63,357 bases of DNA, filler included, from Octopus bimaculoides (GCF_001194135.2; 6 parts of 6 records of this genome joined end to end with filler, not necessarily neighbours in it); one strand, 5' to 3'; counted from the first letter of the whole stretch, positions 40,132 through 53,700 are shown. Translations and numbers: made by a program. The notes: a model not told the origin generated them from the sequence alone.

Positions 40132-40489
40132 CGAAAAAGACAGAGACAGAATGTAGTCTGTCTGTGTGCCTGTGCGTGTGAGTGTGTGCCTATGTGTGTA
40201 TACGGGGCGAGGATTAAAATGAGATGAAGTTAAGCAAATGAGGCTACGATGTTTAAAGCGTCAAATTAACTAGGAGTGAAAATGAGAATGGTAAGAGAGG
40301 GAAGAAGGAAAAGATGGAAGTAAAGCAACTCGATTTAAAAGACAACCAAATAGACTATGGAAGATATATCAAGGGCAACAAACTCAGATGCTGCTTCCCT
40401 TGAGAATATCAGAGTAAAGAATATGAGCGTCAATAAAATGGTGGATATATATTCTGTAAATAATCTTTTCTACTATAGGCACAAGGTCT

Positions 40490-40685
40490 GCAATTTAGTG
40501 TGGGGGGGGGGGACAAGACGATTACATCGACCCTAGTGTTTCACTAGTACCTAATCTATCGAACCCCGATGGAATGAAAGGCAAAGTCGCCCTTTGAGGA
40601 GTTTGAACTTAGAACGTAAGTAACGGGCGAAACACAACTAAGTATTTTATCCAGCGTGCTAAAGTTTCTGCCAGCTCACCGCCTT
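40490..40685 (-). mobile_element. Deu/Nin SINE
   Basis: Reverse-complement core and head. Confidence 0.8.
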
Positions 40686-41031
40686 ATTTTCAGCAAATAA
40701 TAATATGTTATAAGATAAAAGAAGTGCGTGAGTACGTTGGCGTGGGTCTGTATCCCATGCATACGGTAAACCCACTTTTTTGCCATCGAGGACTTATATG
40801 CCCCGATATTAGATTGTTTATGTGTGTCTGTGTGTGAGTAGGGCTCCAACTGATATGTTACGAACGCTGAGAATGGAGAATTCACTGTCTTAAAAATGAC
40901 TCTCAAGATATTTATTATCAAAAAACGTTGCAGCCATTAATGTGCACTACATTCCCTTCTTGTATGTAGCAGAATGTCTTTTGATGGTCTCATTTAATAA
41001 TGATAACGATGACAACATATATATATATGTG

Positions 41032-41118
<87 letters not shown>

Positions 41119-41168
41119 GTATACTTATATATATATGGACACATATATATATAAATAGATATAAACAG

Positions 41169-41209
<41 letters not shown>

Positions 41210-42689
41210 TACTTACATATATACATACGTGCAAAAGTGTTGCATGTGTTGTGCTCCTAGAAGCGATCTCCTAATTAACAGATGCCACGCATTTTGTCCT
41301 TTTTTTTTACTTCTCAGCCTTTCGAATGACGTGTAAGTAAGCATTCCACCCACGCCCGCATACATACATACATACATACATACATACATACATACATACA
41401 TACATACATGCATTTGCATACATACATACATTTGCATACACAGACGCGCTCACAAACACGATTACTTCAATTTTTCGTTGTTTAAATAGATCAGAATGAA
41501 TTATTATCACGTGTGTGTTAACATCAGCTTATGGCGTCCCAGATCATTACTCGCTTGGATACAATGTTTAGTAAAAAAAAGTACAAATGAACGCACGCAC
41601 TCACACACAAACATACACACACACACAGGCACACACATGCATAATATATATACATATATGCAAACAAAAATTTCCCAAGAGATTTTTACAATGACAGTGA
41701 ATATTTTTTTTCTCTATTTTACATTCTTCCAAAATAGCAACTCGAGTAACGATATTCGGCAAACTATATTACTTAACTGTTTTCGGTCACGTTGCTATTC
41801 AGGGAAGCTGCTTTCTGGTTAAATCACTTTCTTTCTGTTTTTAATACACTGTTTTTGATGTGTGTGCTCTGTAAGTGTGGTAAGCACATACGTACATGCA
41901 AACACGCACACACACATATATATAAAAACATATATGAATATACATACGTATGCATTGTGTATGCATGTATATATATANNNNNNNNNNNNNNNNNNNNNNN
42001 NNNNNNNNNNNNNNNNNNNNNNNNNNNNNNNNNNNNNNNNNNNNNNNNNNNNNNNNNNNNNNNNNNNNNNNNNNNNNNNNNNNNNNNNNNNNNNNNNNNN
42101 NNNNNNNNNNNNNNNNNNNNNNNNNNNNNNNNNNNNNNNNNNNNNNNNNNNNNNNNNNNNNNNNNNNNNNNNNNNNNNNNNNNNNNNNNNNNNNNNNNNN
42201 NNNNNNNNNNNNNNNNNNNNNNNNNNNNNNNNNNNNNNNNNNNNNNNNNNNNNNNNNNNNNNNNNNNNNNNNNNNNNNNNNNNNNNNNNNNNGTCTTTTG
42301 CCGAACCGCTAATCGTGTGTGGGTGTGTATATATATATATAATTATGCAAATAGAAGCATGCATATGTATAGTGTATGTGCATGTAACATTGCCCATGCG
42401 TGTAGGTAGCGGTGTATATGTAAGTGTGTGTGTGTGAACGTGTGTGTTTGTGTTTGTGTGTGTGCGTATGCGCGTGTGGGTGTGTGTGTGTGTGTGTGTG
42501 TGAATTAGCTCAGGTATGCCGATTCTTGGTGTTTTGCGTTTTTTATATTTGGTTGGGTGAAACAGAATTCTTACCATCATCAACTGTGATAATTAGTCTC
42601 GTTAACTTTTCGTGCAGAAATAGAGGAAAGGAAAGAAAAAAACAGAAGAGTGTAGCAGATCCTCCTCACTCTCCTTCCACTCCCACTAA

Positions 42690-42711
42690 CACCTCCATGA
42701 TGATGATGATG

Positions 42712-42744
<33 letters not shown>

Positions 42745-42771
42745 ATCATTATCATTATCATCATCCTCACC

Positions 42772-42817
<46 letters not shown>

Positions 42818-43061
42818 CCATCATCATCATCATCACCATCATCATTATCGTCGGAGTCGTCTTCATTATCATCCACATCATCATCACCACCAGCATCATC
42901 ATCACCTTCATCATCATTATCGTCATGATCAACGTCACCATTATCATTATCATCATCATCATCTTCATCATCATCGTCGTCGTCATCATCATCTTCATCA
43001 TCCTCAGCATCATTACCATCATCATGTTTATCATCATGATGTTTATCATCATCATCATCAG

Positions 43062-43101
<40 letters not shown>

Positions 43102-43156
43102 TTCATCATCATCATCACCGACTTCATCGTCACCATCGACATTATCTACAATAATC
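42690..43156. repeat. Compound trinucleotide microsatellite (GAT/CAT/CAC/CAA)n
   Basis: About 460 bp of in-phase triplets running into a linker. Confidence 0.95.
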
Positions 43157-43297
43157 NNNNNNNNNNNNNNNNNNNNNNNNNNNNNNNNNNNNNNNNNNNN
43201 TTAATTAATTAANNNNNNNNNNNNNNNNNNNNNNNNNNNNNNNNNNNNNNNNNNNNTTTATTTATATATATGTATATATATATACATATTTTTATAT

Positions 43298-43337
<40 letters not shown>

Positions 43338-44379
43338 TTTTATTTGTATATATATATATATATATACATATATTTTTATATATATATATTTTTATTTGTA
43401 TATATATATATATGTATACATATATATATATATATATATATTTATTTGTATATATATATATGTATACATATATATATATACATATATATATATATAGACA
43501 CACACTTATTTACATAGATACTGACGCAACATCGCTATTACAAAGTAGGATATATAAGAAAAACAATATATTGACTTTACCTTCAGCAGTATCTAATATA
43601 TACATCAGCATATCCTTATATACACATATATATACATCCGTCACTCTTACTGTAGGCAGTATGTGTATAAATATATACACATACCTATCTTTCTATGTAT
43701 ATATTCACCGCTGTCGCTTGTATATATTTATACCCAGTCTTTTTGAAGCACTATGTATATATATATATATACACAAACATATATTCGTATATGTTTGTAT
43801 ATGTGTATATATGTGTGTGTGTGTCACGCCCAGTTCTTCGTCGTTTAAAGCTGGTTACAACTAAAAATAGTTCACAGGTTTAACGAAAAACGAAATTGTT
43901 AACAAAAAATATTTTTTGATGCATAGAAAGTAGGTGAAACGAAATCGAGAAAATGGCTTACGGAGTTATCCACTTGTTAATGTTTGTTCTAAATGCTAGA
44001 AATAGCAACTAAATTTTTCTATTGAATCATACTCTGCTGTTCCAGTAGAAAGATGAAAAAAAAAATATTGGATAGCGTATTCACACACACACGCACACGG
44101 GGTTGCCGGCTGAAAGGAAAATGGAAGGCTTAAAGAAAGCTACTAATAACAGCGAAACGAAGGATTTTGTTACGAAATACGAAAGCCTGAACGTTTGGAA
44201 ACAAACAAAAGAAATTATTGTTACGTTGATAATTATTTGTTTCGTTGAATTTTTATGAAATACGGTTAAAACTAAAGACTTCTATATAATTAGTATTAAG
44301 AGTGCTTAATTATCAATTAATTAAGTATAGGGTAGGTACAAAAGGGAAAATGTGTGAGTAGGAAGGGTTTGAGGAGGAG

Positions 44380-44640
44380 TGGGGGGCGTTATCGATTTTA
44401 TTGCACTCGAGTGGTCTTTATTTTACCAAAACCCAATAGGATGAAAGTAACGTTGACCTTGGCAGTATTCGAACTCTGAACGTAAAGATTTGGAAATAAT
44501 TATAACAATAACTCTTTCTACTATAGGTACAAGGCCTGGTGGGAGGAAACGAATCGATTACGTCGAATCTTCAGTATTTCACTGGTACTTAATTTATCGA
44601 CCCGAAAGGATGAAAGACAAAGACGACCTCGATGGAATAA
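44380..44640 (-). mobile_element. Two truncated Deu/Nin SINEs
   Basis: cactggtacttaatttatcgacccgaaaggatgaaag and a related upstream copy. Confidence 0.7.
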
Positions 44641-45585
44641 TAATAATAATAATAATAATAACCATGGCGATGATGATAAAAAATATTCTACTTGCTAGCA
44701 ACAAAACTTTTTCGTTTCATTACGTTTCGTTTACATTTTGTAATAACCACATTTTGCGATTACGGAAACGTAATGCATTTGTTGTTTAACCCGAGGTCAA
44801 CCTTAGTGGAGCAGATTTATGGAGGAAAGGCGCTTAGCTTGTGATCATCTCGTGTTATTTCTTTAAGAATACATTATACAACATATCCTCTTATTTCTTC
44901 TCTTTTTTTTCTAAAGCCGACAGGCCGTGAGATTTTAGGGATATTTAGCTGCTATTTCTAACGCAATCAACGCCCACATTGCGTCTATTTTACAAAATTT
45001 GGGAATATTTCTTTTTTTTTTAGTTAATTAATCAAAATAAAACAGAGCAGAGTTGCCCAATTAATTCTTATGGTTTTAATTAAAACTGCATTTTCGTGAA
45101 CTTTTTCCGATTCTCCAACTTTTTACAATGCTGGCTTTTAATTATTAATTTTTCGTTTTAACTTGGATTAATTAAAAATAAATTAAAAAATATTTTTTCA
45201 GGCGTGGCTTCGCAACCTATTTGGTTGTTTGGATTCAGTCTAACTGCATGACACTTTCGGTAAGTGCCATATGCTTTTGCTTTGGTAGACGGAAACAGAA
45301 GGAAGCCCGTGGTGTGTGTGTGTGCGCCAACATGCATATATAATATACTGCACACACACACACACACACACATATAGGTTATGAGCGATAGTAGTGTCAA
45401 TTAGACCCAGAGGTTTCAAGTAATGCTGAGTAAGTGCTATGGATAGACCATGGTTAGGCTCCAGGTTCGGTGATTATGCGAATAAGGAGTCCCACGTAGG
45501 TCATATACCAGCGTGTGAATATAAGGATTTACTTTTCGTNNNNNNNNNNCTTTGGTTGGCCCAGAGGTTATAGTAGAAGATACTC

Positions 45586-45982
45586 TCTATGGCCCCTCCC
45601 TTAAGAAAGAAGATCACAAATTCCTCATTTATTCAACTGGGAGGGGCCACAATTCCCACCGACGAGGTTTCGGGACATGCTGGCAGTGTGCTGCTAACCA
45701 CCGGCACTGTCCCGTTCTTTTTCTTGTCTTTGATATGGGAGGGTGTAGTTCCTCTGCTTCAACCGGAGGATCATCTCTCCCACCCACGGCTTTGGGGTCC
45801 CTTGGTGGGCAACCATGGTTGCCCACCTTCTTCCTTTTTTATTTCAGGGAGGTCTCCACCTCCTCAACTGCCTCCATCTCTACCTCCGAAGGAGGAGGGG
45901 GGAGCTCTTCCTCAACCAACTGTTCCAGGACCCTACTGTGGTCCTGGGGACAGTTCTTTTTAATGTGGCCTGGTTCCAGGCA
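45586..45982 (-). mobile_element. gag/ORF1-like fragment with a partial CCHC zinc knuckle (CLEPGHIKKNC), probably from a Tx1/L1-type LINE
   Basis: C-X4-H-X4-C at 45950-45982, followed by acidic/Pro-rich then basic sequence. GC content is higher than the flanks. Confidence 0.55.
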
Positions 45983-46010
45983 AGTTTCTTATCACACAGC
46001 CACACCAGTG

Positions 46011-46042
<32 letters not shown>

Positions 46043-46552
46043 TATATACACACACACACACACACACAACAAACTTCTTTCAGTTTCCGTGAACCAAATC
46101 CACTCAAACGACTCATCATCATCACCATTTTAACATCCTGGGGCTAGAGTAGAAGACACTTGCCCAAAGTGTCATGCAGTGGGACTGAACCCAGAACCAT
46201 GTGGTTGAGAAGCAAGCTTCTAACCACACTGCTATACCTACATACATATAAACATACATGTAAAATGAAACCACATGGTTGCTTCCCAATCACAGGGTTC
46301 CAGGTTCAATACCACAGTGTGACACCTTGAGCAAGTGTCTTCTAATATAATACGAATGTCGAATGTCAGTGTGTCATACTTTTAGATACTCCTAGAGGCC
46401 ATGGCAAAATGTATCATACCATTTTGGAATCAGGCCAATTCTGTAAGTAAATGAAAAAGATTCTGGATCAAATCCAGACGGCAATCCTGAAATTTTGCAT
46501 TCTCAAGTTTTCATTACTGCAATTGTTTGCAGTGATTTTTTACAGCCTGACT

Positions 46553-46757
46553 GGCCCCTGTGCAGGTGGCACATAAAAAGCACCCACTACACACTCAGAG
46601 TGGTTGGTGTTAGGAAGGGCATCCAGCTGTAGAAACATTGCCAGACCAGACTGGAGCCTGGTGCAGCCTTCTGGCTCAACAGTCTTCAGTCAAACCGTCC
46701 AACCCATGCCAGCATGGAAAGCGGACATTAAAATGGTGATGATGATGATGATGATGG
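46553..46757 (+). mobile_element. RTE-type 3' tail fragment ending in (GAT)n
   Basis: gttggtgttaggaagggcatccagctgtagaaac...ccaacccatgccagcatggaaagcggacattaaa followed by (gat)n. Confidence 0.6.
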
Positions 46758-46800
46758 AAAGTGACAATTAAAGACAATTAAAAGCATAAAAATAAGTTGT

Positions 46801-46806
46801 TTTATT
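46801..46806 (-). terminator. Candidate PDCD2 polyadenylation signal AATAAA
   Basis: TTTATT on the + strand, 5 nt past the stop codon, followed on the minus strand by a T/GT-rich tract. Confidence 0.5.
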
Positions 46807-46811
46807 TAATT

Positions 46812-46973
46812 TCAAGAGCATTTTGAGGAATAGTCCTGTTTCCATAGAAACTCCTGTACATATTTCACCCCAATGTCACAGCTGTCTGCACAGGTATACA
46901 CAGCCAGTGTTCCCCAGTCGAGACTGTCCTCCAAAATATCAACACCAAGATGGGTCAGCAGTTGTGGCATCAC
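46812..46973 (-). CDS. PDCD2: PDCD2 last coding exon ([53 protein letters not shown])
   Basis: C-terminal motif VMPQLL...DWG.L.V.TC..SC...Y..EF.W.QD. Acceptor ttccag at 46974-46979, TGA at 46812-46814. Confidence 0.95.
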   Translation of the reverse strand: MMPQLLTHLGVDILEDSLDWGTLAVYTCADSCDIGVKYVQEFLWKQDYSSKCS

Positions 46974-47049
46974 CTGGAAGGGAGCAAAGAAGACGTAGAG
47001 ACACACAGAAGACATAACGATGGGTGTGTATGCGTGTATATATATATAT

Positions 47050-48830
47050 TGAACAGAGATGTGTAGATTTGTGCTGCATCCAAAAAGTAAGGTGGGGAAG
47101 AAATTCTGCTAGGTTCCTCACAGGCAAACAACATAGATATAAGATTTTCTGGGTAGGGAACACTGATGGGGTCGGAGGCATGGGTATACTTCTTGCGGAG
47201 GAATGAGGTGATAAGGTAATCGAGGTGGCCAGAGTCTGTGATAGAATACTTAAGCTTAGATTAGTGCTGCGACATGGATTAGCAACCATAATCTCAGCTT
47301 ATGCCCCTCAGCCAGGGCTACCTGATGGGCAGAAAGAGCAATGTTATGACACCCTCTTGCAGACCACCTCATCGACGAATGACAAGGACCTTCCCTTTGT
47401 GGCCGGTGACTTCAATGGGCATGTTAGACAGCATGCAGGGGGCTTCCATGGTGGCTATGGTTTTNNNNNNNNNNCAATGGGCATGTTAGACAGCATGCAG
47501 GGGGCTTCCATGGTGGCTATGGTTTTGGTTCCCACAATGAGGAGGGAACCAGGCTGCTGGAGTTCTGCAATGCAAATAATCTTATGGTTTGTAAAACAAA
47601 CATCAGGAAACCTGCCAGTCACCTATTCACCAACTGGTCTGGTATACACACAAGTCAGACTGACTACAGCCTCGCCAGGAAATGGGACAGACGGCTACTT
47701 ATAAATGCCAAACCTTCCCAAGTGAAGAATGCACCCTGCAACATAGATTAGTAGTTAGCGATCTGTGGGTGGTGCAAAGTCCCCTATCAACTCAAGGTAA
47801 TGTGGTGGAACAATGTAGTTGACAGGGCCATTAAGGAAAAGAAACAGGCATGGAAGGACTGGAAGAACGGTGGTAGAAGGGAACTGTATCAGATTGCCAG
47901 AAGGGAAGCTAGGAGACGGGATTACTTACCAAATGGGAAGCAGATAAGAAAAAATTTGCCAGTGTTCTGCATTGTGAGGACCAAAGATTTGAACTGTTTC
48001 GTGTTACAAGACAGTGTGTGAGAGAGAATCATGATGTCATGGGAGAGAAATGTATCCACATGGACGATGGCTCACTTGAGTGAGACTTGGAGATGCCACT
48101 AGTGCCAAACGCTAAATGAAGAGAATGAATGGGAGAAAGAGAATCTGCCAAATGTCAACCCAACAGAGGGACCAGCTATCCGAGTTGACAGTACCATGGT
48201 AGATAAAGCAATTAAGGGTATGAAGACAAGGAAATCCCCCGGCCCATCAGGAATCACTGCAGAGATGCTCAAAATATCTGGCAGTGTTGGCTACAGCCTA
48301 GTCACCCGTATTACGAACCAGGTGATACACGAAGGAGTCATACCCAATGACTGGTGTAGCAGCACCATAGTCAACTGCTACAAAGGTAAAGGTGATGCTT
48401 TAGACACTAATAATTACAAAGGTATCAAGTTATTGGATCAGGTAATGAAAGTCACGGAGAGGGTCATAGCCCAACTAATTAGGGAGAGAGTCAGTCTAGA
48501 TGAGATGCAGTTTGGGTTTGTGCTAGGGAAAAACCCCACTGATGCTATATTTCTGGTAAGACAGCTGCAGGAGAAATACCCAGCCAAAGATAAACCTTTG
48601 TACCTGGCTTTCGTTGATATGGAGTCCCCCGATCCCTTATCGGATGGTCAATGAGGAAACTAGGGATAGATGAGTGGTTAGTGAGAGCTGTACAAGCCAT
48701 GTATAGGGATGCTGTCAGTAAAGTGAGGGCTGGCAATGGGTACAGTGAAGAATTCTGGACAGAGGTTGGGGTCCACCAAGAATCAGTCCTCAGCCCCCTC
48801 TTATTCATCATCGTCCTCCAGGCAATAACA
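47050..48830 (+). mobile_element. RTE-clade LINE (APE plus partial RT), antisense within the last PDCD2 intron
   Basis: APE motifs [17 protein letters not shown] and VAGDFNGHV. RT motifs KSPGPSGITAEMLK, YKGKGDAL...NY.GIKLL, QFGFV.G...TDAIF.VRQLQEKY, LYLAFVD and GVHQESVLSPLLFIIVL. Ends before the YADD motif. Confidence 0.93.
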
Positions 48831-49065
48831 TTTTTGCAGGCTCGATAAATTAAGTACCAGTGGAAAACTAGGGTCAATGTAATCAACCAGTCCCCTCCCA
48901 TCAAATTTCAGACCTTGTACCTTTAGTAGAAAGGATTATTGTTATGCATGTATGTATGTATACGCACATACACATACACACACATATGCCAATATATGTA
49001 CAGAATATTGGAACTCAAGTTATGCCCTGCTATGATCAAAATGTGGGTTTGTTTGGAAGACTTAC

Positions 49066-49182
49066 CTGAAATTCAAAAATGCGTTGGGCTCCACAAGAAG
49101 AACATGGTGGAATGCTGTGTTCACTCGGTTTATTATCACTGGACACCCACAATACGTCACCACCCAAGTGGTATCGGACAAC
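49066..49182 (-). CDS. PDCD2: PDCD2 penultimate exon (VVRYHLGGDVLWVSSDNKPSEHSIPPCSSCGAQRIFEFQ)
   Basis: PDCD2_C motif RY...W.S..P...IP.C..CG..R.FEFQ. Acceptor ttgcag, donor GTAAGT at 49060-49065. 117 bp, phase 0/0. Confidence 0.95.
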
Positions 49183-49536
49183 CTGCAAGCAAAACAGAAA
49201 ACACAAGACTTTATTATCAACATCTTCATAGATTACAGATGTGTGTGTGTGTGTGTGTGTGTCACAGAACCTCCTAGAACAAGACACGGATACTTAAGCA
49301 TTGCCAAAATCTAATTAGATTTCATATTGAGAAACCCAAACATTCTGGTGATGGCGGTGGTTGTGGTGGTGGTAGTAACGGTGATGATGGTTGTGGTGGT
49401 GATGATGATGTTGGGAATGAAATTACATAAACAACCCATTAACAGTCAAAAAAGAAAATCTAAAAAGCAAACCACACACCCAAACACTCCCTATACCCCA
49501 CCCCCACGTATGAGAAGGGTTGGGGGAACAACTCAC

Positions 49537-49832
49537 CTGTTCTGGGTCATGGCGAATGCGGCGGCGAAACTTGAGGAACTCCTTGTCGTCAGATGTCTCC
49601 TTTCGGGCGTATGCTTCGAGGTCCGTCAGGTGACCACCACTTCCCGTTTTGTTGCCTTTACCAGGCCCTGCCTTGATGAGGGCTGTGTTTGAAGAGCCGT
49701 CAACACCACCACCGCCACCACTGTTCTCATCCTCTTCACTGCTGTCGTTTGCATCACTCTCCATCTCTTCCGTCTCCGTCACCAGTTCATACTCTTTGAA
49801 CAGCACACCGGGTTGGTCTCTGCTTGCTCCAC
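49537..49832 (-). CDS. PDCD2: Programmed cell death protein 2, internal exon after the MYND domain (GASRDQPGVLFKEYELVTETEEM...DDKEFLKFRRRIRHDPEQ)
   Basis: Translation matches the PDCD2 pattern LF.E.E.V.E.E...D..F.KF...I...PEQ. Acceptor ggcag at 49833-49837 (phase 1), donor GTGAGT at 49531-49536 (phase 0). Splices in frame to the next exon. Confidence 0.92.
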
Positions 49833-50725
49833 CTGCCACCAAAACACAACAGAAAATTTTCAAAAATCTCAAATTCAAAATTTCGATAAATTTCCTCTTT
49901 TTAAAATATTTTTCGGAAATTTTTTTTTTTTTTAGAAATGCGTAAAAAAATACAGAGATTATGATTCTGAAAACAANNNNNNNNNNNNNNNNNNNNNNNN
50001 NNNNNNNNNNNNNNNNNNNNTTAATTAATTAANNNNNNNNNNNNNNNNNNNNNNNNNNNNNNNNNNNNNNNNNNNNTAATTATATTCGAATTAACACATT
50101 AAAATCAAATCAATAAAATAAAGTATACGCTGCATTCAAAATAAAATAAAATAAAATAAAATAAAATTAGAATAGCGTGTACGTATACAAGGCTATCCAC
50201 AACATATATATATATCTATATATAAACATATACATCGAAATACACAGTTGCATACGCACAGACAATCTACGTATATAGGCCTATATTTACAAGGCACAGA
50301 TATATACATAAGTACAAATTTACACACATATACACACACACGCATTTAAGTTTTCGCGTGAAAAAACCTATGCGCTGGTAACAAAAATTGTATCTTAAGC
50401 TATGGAGTGGAGGGGTAAAGAGTAACGTATCTATAATAGCGTTAAATGTAGGAAAGGGGTTGGCGGGGGAATACAGTTGTCATAAGGAAGGAAAAGAAGA
50501 AAGAAAGAGAATAAAAAAAGAATGAAAGAGAAAAAAGAAAGAAAGAAAGGGAAAAAAAGAAAGATAGCAAAGGAAGAAAAGAGAGAAAGGCTGGGAATAG
50601 GAAGGAAGAAGTAGAGAGAGAAAATAAGCAAGAACATATGTATATAGTAAACGTGCTTAAATTTAGATTGCGCATATATGTGTATACAAAAATGTATATA
50701 GCATCACGTATATAGATACATATGT

Positions 50726-53700
50726 TGATATGTACGCAAATACTTACGATCATAACCGTATACATGCGTATATACACATTCAAGTATATGTGAGTGTGAA
50801 CCTAATCGCACATACGCATATATAATAATATAGATGCATGTATGTATAAATAAATATAAGCATATACTCTTACCCATATATACACACAAAAAACGTACAC
50901 GCACGAAATCATAGCAGCATATGCACAAGTGCAAACCCAGGCCCTATATGTAAGCGCAGGTACACGCATATGAATACGTAAATGTTGTTACTATACAGAC
51001 ATCNNNNNNNNNNNNNNNNNNNNNNNNNNNNNNNNNNNNNNNNNNNNNNNNNNNNNNNNNNNNNNNNNNNNNNNNNNNNNNNNNNNNNNNNNNNNNNNNN
51101 NNNNNNNNNNNNNNNNNNNNNNNNNNNNNNNNNNNNNNNNNNNNNNNNNNNNNNNNNNNNNNNNNNNNNNNNNNNNNNNNNNNNNNNNNNNNNNNNNNNN
51201 NNNNNNNNNNNNNNNNNNNNNNNNNNNNNNNNNNNNNNNNNNNNNNNNNNNNNNNNNNNNNNNNNNNNNNNNNNNNNNNNNNNNNNNNNNNNNNNNNNNN
51301 NNNNNNNNNNNNNNNNNNNNNNNNNNNNNNNNNNNNNNNNNNNNNNNNNNNNNNNNNNNNNNNNNNNNNNNNNNNNNNNNNNNNNNNNNNNNNNNNNNNN
51401 NNNNNNNNNNNNNNNNNNNNNNNNNNNNNNNNNNNNNNNNNNNNNNNNNNNNNNNNNNNNNNNNNNNNNNNNNNNNNNNNNNNNNNNNNNNNNNNNNNNN
51501 NNNNNNNNNNNNNNNNNNNNNNNNNNNNNNNNNNNNCCGTGTCTGTAAGGCGATACTTTGCCTAAAATCCTCCATGTCACGTTGAAAGGCTGGGCTTCAT
51601 TCTCCTTTAAATGCCGGACGTATTTTGCCAGGCTCGTCTTTGTCCTATTTTCAGGGTACCTAAAAAATTTTTTATGCGAATACAGTCTGGTTTTGAAAGA
51701 ATTTTCTGTAGCCCCTGTATATGTTCTATAATCATGCGAGCCTTCTATCAGGACTTTGGCCCTATATACGATGCCCTTTTCTAGACATCTTCCTTCCAAC
51801 GGACAGGAGGTTGGGTCTTTGGAATTACAGGTCTTTGTAAGCTGGTCGGCATTATTTTATTGTTGTGCTGGTTGATTAAAGAGGCGAATTTTTTGCAGCA
51901 AGAATAGCTAATCTTAAGCGTTCTTCTATTAAATATTCTGTAAAACTTATGATCAGGTTGAAAGTGCCTAGTGACCAATTTTAAGAATTCTTTACCTATA
52001 TTCGTTCTTACGGCCATATTGGAAACCAGGTTGAACCACAAAACTTTCCAAGTCCATTGTTCTACGTGCTGGGCTGCTGCCAGCATTAGATTGGGTGTAC
52101 TGGATCCTCTCAGAGAATCCACTATTCCTAAAGCACTATCATAATACGTTGCCGCGTTACGGAATGTTGCTTCGTCTGCAGAAATTGACGAAATTCATTT
52201 ACCTAAGTTACTAACTAGGTTTCTAAGAATAACAGGCGGATGGTTGGATTCTCTGCTAATATAGGATAGTTTGTCGTTTGGTTTACGGTAAGGCTTAAAT
52301 ATATTCGAATCCAAGTCTAAATTTACGTCAAAGAAATCTACATTTTTTAGGTTGGTATCTACCGTGATCCGTAAACCTATCCTTTGGAAGAAAGTTATAA
52401 GAGCCTTCCTGAGCTTATCTAGTTCGTGGCCGTTTAAATTATGGGTGACTATAAGACCGTCATCACTATATAATCCTGCATCTATAAACGGAAATTCCTG
52501 TTTTAGATAATGCAGAATGTAAGCCCCTATAAGCGTGCACAATTCCGCCCCGTCGTATGCCCCCATCGGTACATCGAAAAGAGAATCTTCACTCTTTTTA
52601 ATCCAGGTGGATCCTTCATGAAAAAGCAGTGATTTTCTTGCGTGCATTATAATGTCACTTTCCGAGCTATCGATGTTGACATACTTCTTGGCGAATTCTA
52701 ATGCTTTCAGGAGCAAAGGTCTGGATATTGATGGGTAAAAATCAACAATATCTAACTGCGTAAATTTGCAGCTGTGCTAATTACTAATCCCCTTAAACCA
52801 ATCTATAACTGACTTATTATTTTTGCAAATCCGTAAATTTAAATCACTATCTAACTTAATTAAAATCCGGTCTAAAATATATTTGCTAATAATCCCAATT
52901 TCAGTCTTTGCAGGATTAATTAATCTACATTTGGGGTTTCTATTAAAATTATCTTTATGGTGTTTTAGGGTGACAAAAGCAGGTCGGGGAGCTAGGTATT
53001 CTCTTCTATCGCTAATCTTAAGACTGTTAGCTATTCTTCTTGCTTCTAAATTCACCTCTTTATATAAATTTGTGTGGTCTTTTTTGTATGTGTCAGTGAT
53101 GCAATTCGAAATTAGGCGCTTGTAAACATCCTTGTCAACCGCATATAAGTTTTTAGTATTATCGGAATTAACGAAGATCTTGTTCGAGTTATTGATTTCT
53201 GTAATTTTTTCTTAAGGAAGATGTCTAGAAAAGCGTATCGTATATAGGGCCAAAGTCCAGATAGAAGGCTCGCATGATTATAGAACATATACAGGGGCTA
53301 CAGAAAATTCTTTCAAAACCAGTCTGTATTCGCATAAAAATCCTTTTAGGTACCCTGAAAATAGGACAAAGACGAGCCTGGCAAAATACGTCTAGCATTT
53401 AAAGGAGAATGAAGCCCAGCCTTTCAACGTGACATGGAGGATTTTAGGCAAAACATCTCCTTACAGACACGGTACCCATAAAAGACCATTGAAATGTGAT
53501 CTTTGTTTATTGGAAAAAATGAATATCTTATTCCAGGATAAGAAGGCGCTAAACCAAAGACGCGAACTTTTAAATACATGTAGGCATGCGTCCAAATTTA
53601 ACATGTCTGCATATAATATTCCATATGGGTAGTGTAATTTTTTGACTATGTTCGACTCATTATAACCATTGTGCAATCTGACTATTGGATTGGTACCGAA

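Noticed and set aside
45552-46147. 193-aa and overlapping + strand ORFs
   Set aside because: They are antisense shadows of a GC-rich gag-like fragment plus SINE and microsatellite sequence.
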